Positions 18,464 to 26,849 of a stretch of DNA of 43,836 bases are shown here, one piece after another. A program made the position numbers and the translations under genes. Source of the stretch: an uncultured delta proteobacterium (GTDB taxonomy: Bacteria; Desulfobacterota; Desulfuromonadia; Desulfuromonadales; BM103); assembly GCA_963715335.1 (NCBI GenBank), contig CAVQRZ010000041.1, positions 1-43,836 of the forward strand. The letters run 5' to 3'. The notes beneath the pieces are model-generated. The model did not search any database and was not told the origin of the DNA. It saw only the letters and a list, made by a program, of their open reading frames with translations. How positions within the stretch are numbered: position 1 is the first letter of the stretch; each line of letters opens with the position of its first letter.

Positions 18464-20974
18464 TTATCCCGCCGAGAGTTCAGCCAGCCAACCAGACACC
18501 TTGCCATGGTAGTGATCGCTTAAAGCGTCAGCATCGGCAGTCTCGACCGCTTCAACATAGATATGGACGACAGAACGATGCTGGTCAGGGAGGACCAGAA
18601 CCCAGCCCCGTTCCGTATCGATCCGTACCCCGTCGGTAAAAGAGGCCTGCTGATCCACGGCATCCTCGCTGATGCGCCGCATCAGGCCCCCCTTGCTCTC
18701 CCATGGGCAGGGCAGCTGCAGATGGTGAGAGGTGTGCCTGGGGAGCTTGGCAAAGGCCTCATCCAGCGACAGGCCGGACCGGGCGCTGAGCTCCATTATC
18801 TTGGCCGCGGAAAAGAGACCGTCAAAGTGCGGATGGAAGCCCGGGAAACCGAAACGGTCATCCATCGAGGCAACCAAGCGGACATTGCGGTTGCTGGCCG
18901 CCTCCACCAGTGAGTGGCCATCGGAGCGCGTTCGCTGTACGGTCAACCCCTTGCCCCTGGCAAAATCGTCCACGGCCTGGGGTGCGGCGACCGGTACAAC
19001 CAGGCGGCCCTCATCCTCTGCACCACAGACCAGAACCACCAGGGTACTCAACGCCTCGCGACTGGAAAAAACCCGGCCGCTACCACTGACCAGGCGAATT
19101 TTCTCTCCCGAAGGGCCGATCCAGAAGCCGGCATCGGCGTCGAGGGTCTTGACAATCCTGCTCAGACGGTCCAGTGCTGCATTGAGTTCGTCTGCGCTGA
19201 TATCCTTGGTTTTTTCATGGACATGGGAATTCAATTCGGTGGTCTCAAAGCCCAGGTCGCTGAGCAGATCGGGCAGGAGGTCAGCGGCAGGGGAGTGGTT
19301 GAGATCGAGGACCACCTTGGGCGCCGTTTTCATTAACAGATCGCGATCAAGGCTGCGCAGGAACCCTTCGCGATAGAAATCGTAGATGCGCGGCAGTTCT
19401 TCGATCCCACCGGGCTCGGAATGGTGGGCACGACGAAAGTTTTCCTTGAAATAGATACGTTCCATACCTTTTGCGGTGCTTGACGAGATTTCGTTGCCGT
19501 TGGCATCGAAAAAGATGATTTCCGTTGCGGCCTGGTCTTCAGGCGACTGGCGGAAATGGATGCCACCAACCTCGCCGAAGGTGGTCAATTTGTAACGCAG
19601 CACCGGCAGGGAGATCATCTTGACGTCCCGGACACTGACGCCCGCAGAGAGCAGGCCGCCGACGAAGGAGCGTTTGAGCATGCGTGATGAGCGTATCGCA
19701 TCACGACCGGCCAGGACATAACTGCCCTTGGGCAGAGTCGACCCGTAGGCTGCACCGAGCCGGGCCGAGAATTCCGGGGTCATCTCGATATTGGTCATGC
19801 CGCGCACCACGGCACCTTCGAAGAGGCTTTTACGCCACTTCTCACCCCAGATCATGTTCCCGGAAACCGTCGAGCCGTTCTCGATGACCTTGCGTGGCCA
19901 GATCTTGACATCCGGACGGATGTTGACATCATCCCCGACCGTGGTTTCATCGGCGATGACCGCCCCTTTCTCGATCACGGCCCGCTGCCCGACCCGCACC
20001 CGGTGGCCGAGGTTGGCACCGGTCACCCTTGTGCCGGCCTTGACATAGACATTGTCCCAGAGGACGGCATCCTCCATGATGACCCCGTCCTCGATCAGGC
20101 AGTTGCGTCCGATGACGGAGTTGGTGAGGCGTGCATGCCCCTGGATCGTGGTGTTGCCGCCAAGGACAACCATGCCGGTGAGCGTTGCCCGTTCGTCAAC
20201 CTCGGCATCAGGACTGACAAAGATACGGTCCCTGCCGGTAACCGGCGGCTCCGATATTTGTACAGAAACTTTGTCGTGGCAAATGTCCCGGCACGCTTCG
20301 AGGTAGGCTTCCGGGTTGCCGATGTCGGCCCAGTACCCCTGCATGTCGCAACCATAAAGGGCCGAGCCGGCGTCGAGCATCCTGGGGAAGACATCCTTGG
20401 CCCAGTCCCGGTTTTCTCCTTCAGGAATCAGGTCGAGGACTTCCGGCTCCAGAATGTAGATGCCGGTATTGATTGTGTCGGAAAAGACTTCCCCCCAGCC
20501 CGGCTTCTCTAAGAACTTGGTAATGCGGGCATCCTTGTCGGTTATGACCACTCCGAACTGCAGGGGATCTGTCACCGAAGTCAGGGTGATCGTTGCCTTG
20601 GCCTGTTTCCGGCTGTGAAAGTCGATGACTTTAGAAAGGTCAAAATCGGTCAGGAGATCGCCGCTGATGATCATGAAGCGCTTATCCAGGTGACGTGCTG
20701 CTGCCTTGACAGCCCCTGCAGTGCCGTAATCCTCCAACGGGGTCACATAGGTGATGTGAGCTCCGAATTCGCTGCCGTCACCGAAGTATTTCTTTATGAT
20801 CTCGGGCTGGTGAAAAAGCAGCAGGACCAGGTCGGTGATCCCGTGGCGTTTCAGCAGGTTGACGATATGCTCCATGATCGGTCGGTTGATCAACGGGATC
20901 ATCGGCTTGGGCAAGCTAATGGTCAACGGGTGGATGCGGGTGCCGAAGCCACCCGCCATGATGACAGCTTTCAA
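18464..20974 (-). CDS. Mannose-1-phosphate guanylyltransferase-like NTP transferase fused to a left-handed beta-helix and a phosphohexomutase-fold domain
   Basis: MAGGFGTR..PLT...PKPM, GTAGAV, ISGD, FLEKP, NTGIY, YWADIG; hexapeptide region; C-terminal PMM/PGM-like fold. TTG start after a GAGGAG SD. Confidence 0.9.
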   Translation of the reverse strand: MKAVIMAGGFGTRIHPLTISLPKPMIPLINRPIMEHIVNLLKRHGITDLVLLLFHQPEIIKKYFGDGSEFGAHITYVTPLEDYGTAGAVKAAARHLDKRFMIISGDLLTDFDLSKVIDFHSRKQAKATITLTSVTDPLQFGVVITDKDARITKFLEKPGWGEVFSDTINTGIYILEPEVLDLIPEGENRDWAKDVFPRMLDAGSALYGCDMQGYWADIGNPEAYLEACRDICHDKVSVQISEPPVTGRDRIFVSPDAEVDERATLTGMVVLGGNTTIQGHARLTNSVIGRNCLIEDGVIMEDAVLWDNVYVKAGTRVTGANLGHRVRVGQRAVIEKGAVIADETTVGDDVNIRPDVKIWPRKVIENGSTVSGNMIWGEKWRKSLFEGAVVRGMTNIEMTPEFSARLGAAYGSTLPKGSYVLAGRDAIRSSRMLKRSFVGGLLSAGVSVRDVKMISLPVLRYKLTTFGEVGGIHFRQSPEDQAATEIIFFDANGNEISSSTAKGMERIYFKENFRRAHHSEPGGIEELPRIYDFYREGFLRSLDRDLLMKTAPKVVLDLNHSPAADLLPDLLSDLGFETTELNSHVHEKTKDISADELNAALDRLSRIVKTLDADAGFWIGPSGEKIRLVSGSGRVFSSREALSTLVVLVCGAEDEGRLVVPVAAPQAVDDFARGKGLTVQRTRSDGHSLVEAASNRNVRLVASMDDRFGFPGFHPHFDGLFSAAKIMELSARSGLSLDEAFAKLPRHTSHHLQLPCPWESKGGLMRRISEDAVDQQASFTDGVRIDTERGWVLVLPDQHRSVVHIYVEAVETADADALSDHYHGKVSGWLAELSAG

Positions 20975-21004
20975 TCAGAACTCCTCAATAGTCCAGGAAC
21001 AGTA

Positions 21005-21361
21005 TCAGTGCTGCGCAAGAACGCGCCGGACTTCTTTTTTCAACTCATCAAGATCGGAGCTTTTGACCACGTAGGCATCCGCCAGCCATGAAGAAAAGTC
21101 GTCTTTGTAGCAACTAAATGCGGTACAGAGGACAACCGGTATATTCTCCTGCTCCCTGGTAATCTGCTGCAGCAATTCCAGACCACTTTCCCGGTTAAGT
21201 TGAATGTCGAGAACGATCAGGTCAAAGGCCTGGCTTCTCAGCTGTTCCATGGCTTCCTGACTGCTGCCACAGGCAACAACCGTATGGCCTTCGTCTTCAA
21301 GCTCAGCCGCGTAAAGGTGGCGGATGTCACCTTCGTCGTCGATCACCAGCAGGTTTGCCAT
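21005..21361 (-). CDS. Single-domain response regulator heading the glycogen operon
   Basis: LLVIDDE, DLIVLDIQL, LCTA, YVVKS; AGGAG SD. Confidence 0.92.
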   Translation of the reverse strand: MANLLVIDDEGDIRHLYAAELEDEGHTVVACGSSQEAMEQLRSQAFDLIVLDIQLNRESGLELLQQITREQENIPVVLCTAFSCYKDDFSSWLADAYVVKSSDLDELKKEVRRVLAQH

Positions 21362-21394
21362 GGCACACTCCTTTGGGTAAAATGGACCCAGTCA

Positions 21395-21422
21395 ATTATA
21401 CCAACCAGGAGGGGGGCTGCAA
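21395..21422 (-). promoter_or_regulatory. Putative sigma70 promoter of the glycogen operon
   Basis: Minus strand TTGCAG, 16 nt spacer ending TGG, TATAAT (extended -10). Confidence 0.65.
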
Positions 21423-21481
21423 TCGCGAAATGACTTTGTCCGGTTGCACTTGAATGGCGGCGATGGCATAGTCCTCCTGTT

Positions 21482-22402
21482 ATGTCAGTTAAACCTTACC
21501 AGCTTTTCTCCGAACACTTGAAAAAACATTTCGGTGTGCGTGTGCACAAAGTCTCTGTCGATGCCGGTTTCGGCTGCCCGAATCGCGCCGGAGGACGGAC
21601 CGGGCCGGGATGTCTCTTCTGTGACCCGGATGGCTCCGGAGCCGTCGGCATCGAGCGCCAATCAAGTGTTGCGGTGCAGATTGAGCAAGGCAAGCAGGTC
21701 ATGAGCCGCAAATACAAGGCCGTTAAATTTATGGCCTATTTTCAGCCTTTCTCCAACACTCTCGCCCCGGTCGGCCAGCTCCGCGAACTTTATGACCAGG
21801 CCCTGGCCGTCGACGATGTTGTCGGCCTTGCCGTTGGAACCCGTCCCGACTGTGTCCCCCCGGACGTCCTCGAGCTGCTCGGCGAGTATCACCGGAGCAC
21901 TTATTTCTGGCTCGAGCTGGGGCTGCAGAGCAGCCATGACCGGACCCTCAGCCGGCTGCAACGCGGGCATGACTATGCTGCTTTCGCAGACACCTATCAT
22001 CGGGCAAAATCACTCGGCCTGAACATCTGCGTGCACATAATCCTCGGTCTCCCCGGCGAGAGTCGTGATGATATGCTGGCAACCGCGGATATCCTCGCAG
22101 ACCTGCAGGTCGACGGCGTCAAGCTGCACCTGCTTCATGTCCTGGAAAACACACCGCTCGGCCAGCTATATGCCGGGGGGAGAATTGAGCTGTTGGATCA
22201 GAATGAGTATATCGAGCTGGTTGTTGATGTCGTGGAGCGATTGCCTCGTCAGACGCTTATCCACCGCCTGACCGGTGATGGCCCCAGAGCCCGGTTGCTA
22301 GCGCCACTCTGGTCGCTTAAAAAGTGGGAAGTCCTCAACGCGATCGATGCCGAATTCGCCCGGCGCGGCGCGTCACAAGGTGACCGCTGCAAAAGACAGT
22401 GA
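21482..22402 (+). CDS. Radical SAM protein, TIGR01212 (YhcC) family
   Basis: AGFGCPNR..GCLFC with extended Cys spacing, YFQPFSNT, GTRPDC, ELGLQS, HRLTGD. Confidence 0.92.
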   Translation: MSVKPYQLFSEHLKKHFGVRVHKVSVDAGFGCPNRAGGRTGPGCLFCDPDGSGAVGIERQSSVAVQIEQGKQVMSRKYKAVKFMAYFQPFSNTLAPVGQLRELYDQALAVDDVVGLAVGTRPDCVPPDVLELLGEYHRSTYFWLELGLQSSHDRTLSRLQRGHDYAAFADTYHRAKSLGLNICVHIILGLPGESRDDMLATADILADLQVDGVKLHLLHVLENTPLGQLYAGGRIELLDQNEYIELVVDVVERLPRQTLIHRLTGDGPRARLLAPLWSLKKWEVLNAIDAEFARRGASQGDRCKRQ

Positions 22403-22442
22403 CCACGTCAAAGCTTTCCGTAAAAAGGCAGGGTATTAATTG

Positions 22443-22474
22443 AAAACGCCTCCTGGTTTCAGGAGGCGCTTTTT
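22443..22474. terminator. Bidirectional intrinsic terminator
   Basis: AAAA-CGCCTCCTG-GTTT-CAGGAGGCG-CTTTTT between convergent genes. Confidence 0.75.
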
Positions 22475-22578
22475 ACAATTGGTGCAGGCTGGGCCGCTGT
22501 CTCTGATGGATCACTCCACGAGAGCAGCAACAGGCTGGCCCAGATAATGCCGACAAAGAGAATCACGAAACGGAACAT
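22459..22578 (-). CDS. Putative 39-aa small membrane protein (leaderless)
   Basis: MFRFVILFVGIIWASLLLLSWSDPSETAAQPAPIVKSAS, with one hydrophobic helix. Preceded by TTGATT-17nt-TATGCT-7nt-ATG and followed by the terminator. Confidence 0.5.
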   Translation of the reverse strand: MFRFVILFVGIIWASLLLLSWSDPSETAAQPAPIVKSAS

Positions 22579-22666
22579 GGCGCGGAGCATAACCGAGCGC
22601 AGGCAAAAAATCAAGCGGGCAAATTGTGCCGCCGAAGATTTTCCAGCGACCACTGAGGCGTTCCGC

Positions 22667-22987
22667 TTAAAGAAGCAGGAATATCGTTATGGCAATAACC
22701 ACCGCAGCGATAATGATGCCGAGCGTTATCTTGCCGCTGCCTCCGGGAGTCTGGATCGACGCTTCCGGTTGAAGGGTGCCGACCACGGGAAACCGCTCGA
22801 CAACCGCACGCACATGTGGCGCCGTGGCCAGTTCTTCAGTCAAGTCCTGTCCCGCCTGGTGATCGGGTGGGTGCAGACCATTCTGCCAGCGAGGGCTTTC
22901 GGTGACATCGTAAATTGTGCCGTTGACGGCAATATATGCGGGCCTGCCGTCCCGACCGTTGTATTGTGCAAGTTCAGCGAGGGTCAT
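22667..22987 (-). CDS. Cytochrome b5-like heme/steroid-binding protein with C-terminal TM anchor
   Basis: TLAELAQYNG.DG.PAYIAVNGTIYDVT, W.NG.H, H.AG.DLT, PH, FPVVG; hydrophobic tail; GGAG SD. Confidence 0.88.
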   Translation of the reverse strand: MTLAELAQYNGRDGRPAYIAVNGTIYDVTESPRWQNGLHPPDHQAGQDLTEELATAPHVRAVVERFPVVGTLQPEASIQTPGGSGKITLGIIIAAVVIAITIFLLL

Positions 22988-23238
22988 CAGGTCTTCTCCA
23001 TGAGTAGCGGTTGAATGTAATGTGGCTGGCGCAGTTATTTCAAGTCGCGTCTCAAATATTACTGTTTATTCATCAGTCGGCAAGCTCTCTTGTCGTTGCG
23101 AGCCGGTCTTTTTGCAAAGAGTTGCCGACACCAGGCCCTGCTGCAGCAGAAATTCCCGACTTGGGCCCGTTTGCAATATTTTCACTACATGTGCATTTGC
23201 ACAGTGTCCGGCATTATATTCTATGTTATTTTCTGCTG

Positions 23239-24624
23239 ATGCGACTCGCTTTGAAGCACCAGATAATAATGGCTCCAGCAGCGGTGCTCTGCCTGATGAC
23301 CCTGTTGCTCGGCTTCCTGCAGTTCACCTACTGGGATATTTCGGTCAAGCGGCAGAAGGCCAGGGACCTCCGGACCGCGTTCATCGCCCTGGCCGAGGCC
23401 GACATGGCCAGCCAACGCATGCATGGCGTGGTCGGCTTCTTGGCTCAGGCCCAGTTCCCTGATCCGATAGCACTCGAGCAGATCGCGAACCTCCACCAGC
23501 ACCTCGAAATGTCAATTGACCGCCTCCGGCAAACCGGTTTGATGGAGACGTCATCCCTCAACCTGATGCGACAGAGCATTGTCGACCTGAACCCTGATCA
23601 TGGCATCCAGCTTGGACAATTCAATGATGCCCTCAAGGTTCTGCACCCGCTCATTATGGAGCAGCTCAGCAAGTTGAACGAGCAGCGGGACGATCTAAGC
23701 GTCCTGCATCGAGAAGATATCGACACCCTGGTCGCTGAAACCACTTTTGTCACGATCCTCGTGCTCGGGGTTGCCATCCTGGTGGGGATCCTGCTTTCGT
23801 TGACTTTCGCCCGGCATATCCTGCGCCGCATAAAGGTGCTTTCCGACGGTGCGGCCCGCATCACGGCCGGAGATTTCTCGCCGCCTCCCGCTCCGGACAA
23901 GGTGCGTGACGAACTGGACGGGCTGGCTGTATCAATCAACCAGATGACCGATCAGCTGATCCGGGTGGTCGCTGCCGAGAAACTTCTGGAAGGCGCCGAA
24001 GAGGAGCGTCGACGCATTGCGATGGACATCCACGACCAGACCCTTGCCGACCTTTCGGCGGTGACGCGAAAGCTGGAGCACATGCGCGAGGAGGCTCCCG
24101 GCAATGACGATGTAACCAATATTGAAGCTGACCTGAAGAGGGCGATGACCAACCTGCGGATCGTGATGGACAACCTGCATCCCCAGACCCTTGACATCCT
24201 CGGCTTGCCTGCAGCAGTTGAATCGCTGCTGGAGAAGATCTGCGAGGCACCCAACAGTCCGGAGTATCATTTCCTGGCCGATGATGAGGTCGAAGCACTT
24301 AAGTTGCCGCGCCTGGCCCAGGTCACCCTTTACCGTATCATTGTCGAGGCCGTTAATAATGTCATGCGCCATGCGCATGCCAATCAGCTCGAGGTGGGGA
24401 TGGGGTTTCGCAATGGCTCCCTGGTAATTACTGTTGAAGATAATGGCCGCGGCTTCGATCCTGCTCCCCGGCTACCGAACCAGGCCGGCGGCAGGGGGCT
24501 GTACAACATTCGCGAACGGGCCCGGGCGATCGGCGCAGAGGTCAACTGGCGCAGCTCGCGGTTTTCGTCCGGGACGCGTTTTGAACTGGTCCTGCAGGTC
24601 AAGGATCCGAACCTTTCGCGTTAA
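23239..24624 (+). CDS. Sensor histidine kinase (2 TM, HAMP, HisKA_3, HATPase)
   Basis: EEERRRIAMDIHD H-box, EAVNNVMRHA N-box, EDNGRGF, GRGLYNIRERA. Start placed at MRLALKHQ. Confidence 0.9.
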   Translation: MRLALKHQIIMAPAAVLCLMTLLLGFLQFTYWDISVKRQKARDLRTAFIALAEADMASQRMHGVVGFLAQAQFPDPIALEQIANLHQHLEMSIDRLRQTGLMETSSLNLMRQSIVDLNPDHGIQLGQFNDALKVLHPLIMEQLSKLNEQRDDLSVLHREDIDTLVAETTFVTILVLGVAILVGILLSLTFARHILRRIKVLSDGAARITAGDFSPPPAPDKVRDELDGLAVSINQMTDQLIRVVAAEKLLEGAEEERRRIAMDIHDQTLADLSAVTRKLEHMREEAPGNDDVTNIEADLKRAMTNLRIVMDNLHPQTLDILGLPAAVESLLEKICEAPNSPEYHFLADDEVEALKLPRLAQVTLYRIIVEAVNNVMRHAHANQLEVGMGFRNGSLVITVEDNGRGFDPAPRLPNQAGGRGLYNIRERARAIGAEVNWRSSRFSSGTRFELVLQVKDPNLSR

Positions 24625-24669
24625 ATATTTTCATCTTGTCTTACCACAACCGTTCCAGGAGGCGACATC

Positions 24670-25416
24670 ATGGCTCCGTATGCCCTCGTCATAGCAGAAG
24701 ACAACCCCAAGGATTTTGCATTTCTCAAGCAGATGGTTGAGGACTGGGAACAGAAGTGCACGATTGAACACGCCCCCGATGGTCAGATCGCTTTCGAACT
24801 CGCCCTGGCCCATGACAAGCCTCTGGTAATCAGTGATATCCAGATGCCGAATATGAACGGGGTCGATTTTGCCAGGGCGCTCTGGGAGCGCAAGCCGCAG
24901 GCCCGGATCGTCTTCTGGAGCCAGTTCAAGGACGAGATGTACGTCCGTTCACTCGCCAAGATCGTGCCGCCGGAGACGGTCTACGGTTATGTCCTCAAAT
25001 CCAGCCCCCGAGAGAAAATTTCAACCGCCATGGCAACCGTTCTCTTTGAAGACCAATGCTGGATCGACCCGGAGGTGCGCAAGGTGCAGGGTCGAACCGG
25101 ACACAGCCAGACGGCACTCTCCGACATTGAATACGAGGCGCTGGTCGACATCTCGCTAGGGCTGACCGACAACCTGATTGCCCAGCGTCGTTACCTGTCG
25201 CGCCGTGGCGTCCAGAGCCGCCTGAATTCCCTTTACGGCAAACTGACTCTTGACCAGGACCAGTTCCAGAGCGACAAGGTCGGTGATGCCTTCAACCTGC
25301 GGAATCGCGCCGTAGCCGTCGCTCTCCGTCGCGGTCTGATCAACGCCTTCGAACTCGAACACGAAGAAATAGAGTTCCAGCACTGGTTGAAACGCTATAA
25401 AAGTGGCAGGGGTTAG
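24670..25416 (+). CDS. Response regulator, receiver plus LuxR/NarL-like HTH
   Basis: IAEDN, ISDIQMP, YVLKS; C-terminal LSDIEYEALVDISLGLTDNLIAQRRYLSRRGVQ; AGGAGG SD; adjacent to a HisKA_3 kinase. Confidence 0.88.
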   Translation: MAPYALVIAEDNPKDFAFLKQMVEDWEQKCTIEHAPDGQIAFELALAHDKPLVISDIQMPNMNGVDFARALWERKPQARIVFWSQFKDEMYVRSLAKIVPPETVYGYVLKSSPREKISTAMATVLFEDQCWIDPEVRKVQGRTGHSQTALSDIEYEALVDISLGLTDNLIAQRRYLSRRGVQSRLNSLYGKLTLDQDQFQSDKVGDAFNLRNRAVAVALRRGLINAFELEHEEIEFQHWLKRYKSGRG

Positions 25417-25491
25417 GACAGTCTCCTAAATAAGGGGACCCCTTTTCCATTGTAGCTTTAACATTGTAACCCCCCCCTGATTATGTTAGTA

Positions 25492-25508
25492 AATTGGTCA
25501 TACCAAAT
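25492..25508 (+). promoter_or_regulatory. FadR/GntR-family operator (autoregulatory site)
   Basis: AATTGGTCATACCAAAT matches the PdhR/LldR-type AATTGGT-N3-ACCAATT; lies just downstream of a TTAACA-18-TATGTT promoter candidate. Confidence 0.8.
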
Positions 25509-25526
25509 CACAACTGGAGAAAAGGC

Positions 25527-26273
25527 ATGACCATTGTCCTCGAGCCGATTCGGCCCAAGAAAATATCCGAAGAAATCGTCAGCCAGATCAAGCAGCTGAT
25601 ATCCAAGGGTGAACTCAAGCCGGGCGACCGCATCCCTTCGGAACGGGAACTGGCCACCATGCTGGGTGTCAGCCGCCCTTCGGTCCGTGAAGCGATCATG
25701 GTCCTTGAAGCCATGGGCTTTCTCGACTCGCGCCAGGGCGGCGGGACTTATGTCAAAGCGTTGACCGAGGGGAGCATCATGAACCCCCTGGCCAAACTGG
25801 TGGAGATGCGTGACCCGGAGCTTTTGCGGTCCCTTGCCGAGGTGCGCATGGGCCTGGAGAGCTGGTCGGCATATCTTGCCGCCCAGCGTGCGACGGACGC
25901 TGACATTGCCGAGATGCGGCGACTCTACGAGATCATGAAGAAGGCCGCGGCAAAAGGCGGCTGGAGTCCCGATGTTGACGCCGAGTTCCATTATGCGATT
26001 ACAGCGGCCAGCCACAACAGCTTGCAAATGCATGTCCTCGACTCGATCCATTCACTTTTTCACGCAACCATCCAGGTTGCCCTCATGGAATTTTACCAGC
26101 AGGAAGGCCACGTCCAACTGTTGCTGGCCCATCACCATGATATAATGGAGGCGATTGCCGCCCATGACCCTGAGCTCGCCCGCAGGAAAATGATGGAGCA
26201 CCTGGCAATGGTTGAAGAAAAGATGGCGCAGCTTTTGGGTACGGAGGAATCAGGAAGGCGGGTCGGCAACTGA
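25527..26273 (+). CDS. FadR/GntR-family transcriptional regulator (LldR/GlcC/PdhR-like)
   Basis: LKPGDRIPSERELA..LGVSRPSVREA..L...G....QGGGTYV winged HTH; FCD domain (D.EFH..I..ASHN). Confidence 0.93.
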   Translation: MTIVLEPIRPKKISEEIVSQIKQLISKGELKPGDRIPSERELATMLGVSRPSVREAIMVLEAMGFLDSRQGGGTYVKALTEGSIMNPLAKLVEMRDPELLRSLAEVRMGLESWSAYLAAQRATDADIAEMRRLYEIMKKAAAKGGWSPDVDAEFHYAITAASHNSLQMHVLDSIHSLFHATIQVALMEFYQQEGHVQLLLAHHHDIMEAIAAHDPELARRKMMEHLAMVEEKMAQLLGTEESGRRVGN

Positions 26274-26359
26274 GATCTTGCTTGAACAGACTGCCCCGCT
26301 TCGGCAGTGCCGATGGCGAGGCTGGTTGCCGGCAGAACATTTGGGCTTTGGAGGAAGTT

Positions 26360-26800
26360 ATGGGGAAGCTGGCTTGTTTTGTACTGTTGATGGTCCTGAT
26401 GCTGCCTGGATACTCTCTTGCCGAGGGTGAGATTGGCAGCATTAAAATGTTAAAAGGCAAGGTATTCATCATCCGCGGCGGGATCGCCCTGCCAGCAGAA
26501 GTGGGTGCTGCGGTTTTTCAGGACGATCTGCTGAAAACCGGCTACGACGGAGCTCTGGGGGTGATCCTGAAAGATGACACGACCTTGTCCCTGGGCCCCG
26601 ACAGCGAATTGTCTTTGCAGGAATATGTGTTTGAACCGAAGGAGAGCCGTTTCTCGGTTGTCCTGCGGATCCTCAAGGGAACCTTCGTCTACATGTCAGG
26701 AGTGATCGGCAAGCTTGCCCCTGACTCAATTCGTCTCGAAACTCCCGATTCAACCATTGCAGTTCGCGGCACACGTCTGATGATCAAGGTCGACAACTGA
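26360..26800 (+). CDS. Secreted stand-alone FecR-domain protein
   Basis: Signal peptide (..PGYSLA-EG), D.LKTG.DG....L.D.T...LGPDS, TP..TIAVRGT; GGAGG SD. Confidence 0.85.
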   Translation: MGKLACFVLLMVLMLPGYSLAEGEIGSIKMLKGKVFIIRGGIALPAEVGAAVFQDDLLKTGYDGALGVILKDDTTLSLGPDSELSLQEYVFEPKESRFSVVLRILKGTFVYMSGVIGKLAPDSIRLETPDSTIAVRGTRLMIKVDN

Positions 26801-26849
26801 CAACTGTGCATAGACTGGAGCTCTTCTCTATCCTGAACGGAGTCGTCTT

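Noticed and set aside
22547..23014. 155-aa plus-strand ORF
   Set aside because: Antisense to the cytochrome b5-like gene; no recognisable motifs.
23011..23238. 76-aa N-terminal extension of the histidine kinase in the ORF track
   Set aside because: TTG start without SD, AT-rich promoter-like sequence; kinase architecture begins at ATG 23239.
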